Shown piece by piece: positions 63,814-64,000 of a DNA stretch of 64,000 nucleotides. This DNA is from Eledone cirrhosa (Eukaryota). Location: the NCBI GenBank assembly GCA_964016885.1, contig OZ024749.1:36890001-36954000 (forward strand), read 5' to 3'. A model generated the notes under the pieces. It saw only the letters and a program-made list of their open reading frames with translations. It ran no database searches and had not been told where the DNA came from. Position 1 is the first letter of the stretch; the number at the start of each line of letters is the position of its first letter. The position numbers and the translations under genes are program-made.

Positions 63814-64000
63814 ACACACACACACACACACCACACACACACGCACTCTGTGTTGTTATTTACTTTTCTATATATATAAACGTAAACGCAGACACACGCT
63901 GACACGCACACACACACATATATATATGCATATATACACATACACACAACGGACGTATACAATAATCTCTTATCAAATTCCACGAACAAGAGCTCTTGTG

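Overview
Gene-poor, extremely microsatellite-rich animal genomic DNA, most likely an octopus. This is inferred from the SINE families, the RTE LINE with C2H2 fingers and the (TA)n/(CA)n/(TACA)n density, and has not been checked by search. I can support no host protein-coding exon; nearly all long ORFs (YIYI, poly-P/G/V/L) are translations of simple repeats. Islands between the microsatellites hold decayed non-LTR retrotransposons of four clades (CR1-group, RTE, L1/Tx1, R4/Dong), at least three tRNA-derived SINE families, minisatellites and interstitial telomere-like repeats. The most notable signal is a set of non-coding elements carrying type I hammerhead-ribozyme motifs (CUGANGA-stem II-GAAA-short stem III-NUH-stem I) at about 9.3, 36.7, 37.2, 38.2 and 42.7 kb, plus a degenerate one at 63.6 kb. 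One sits in a 444-bp terminally redundant unit and two in a nearly perfect 422-bp inverted repeat, which resembles Penelope-like/retrozyme elements. A second family forms long palindromes that contain only the 3' half of a hammerhead.
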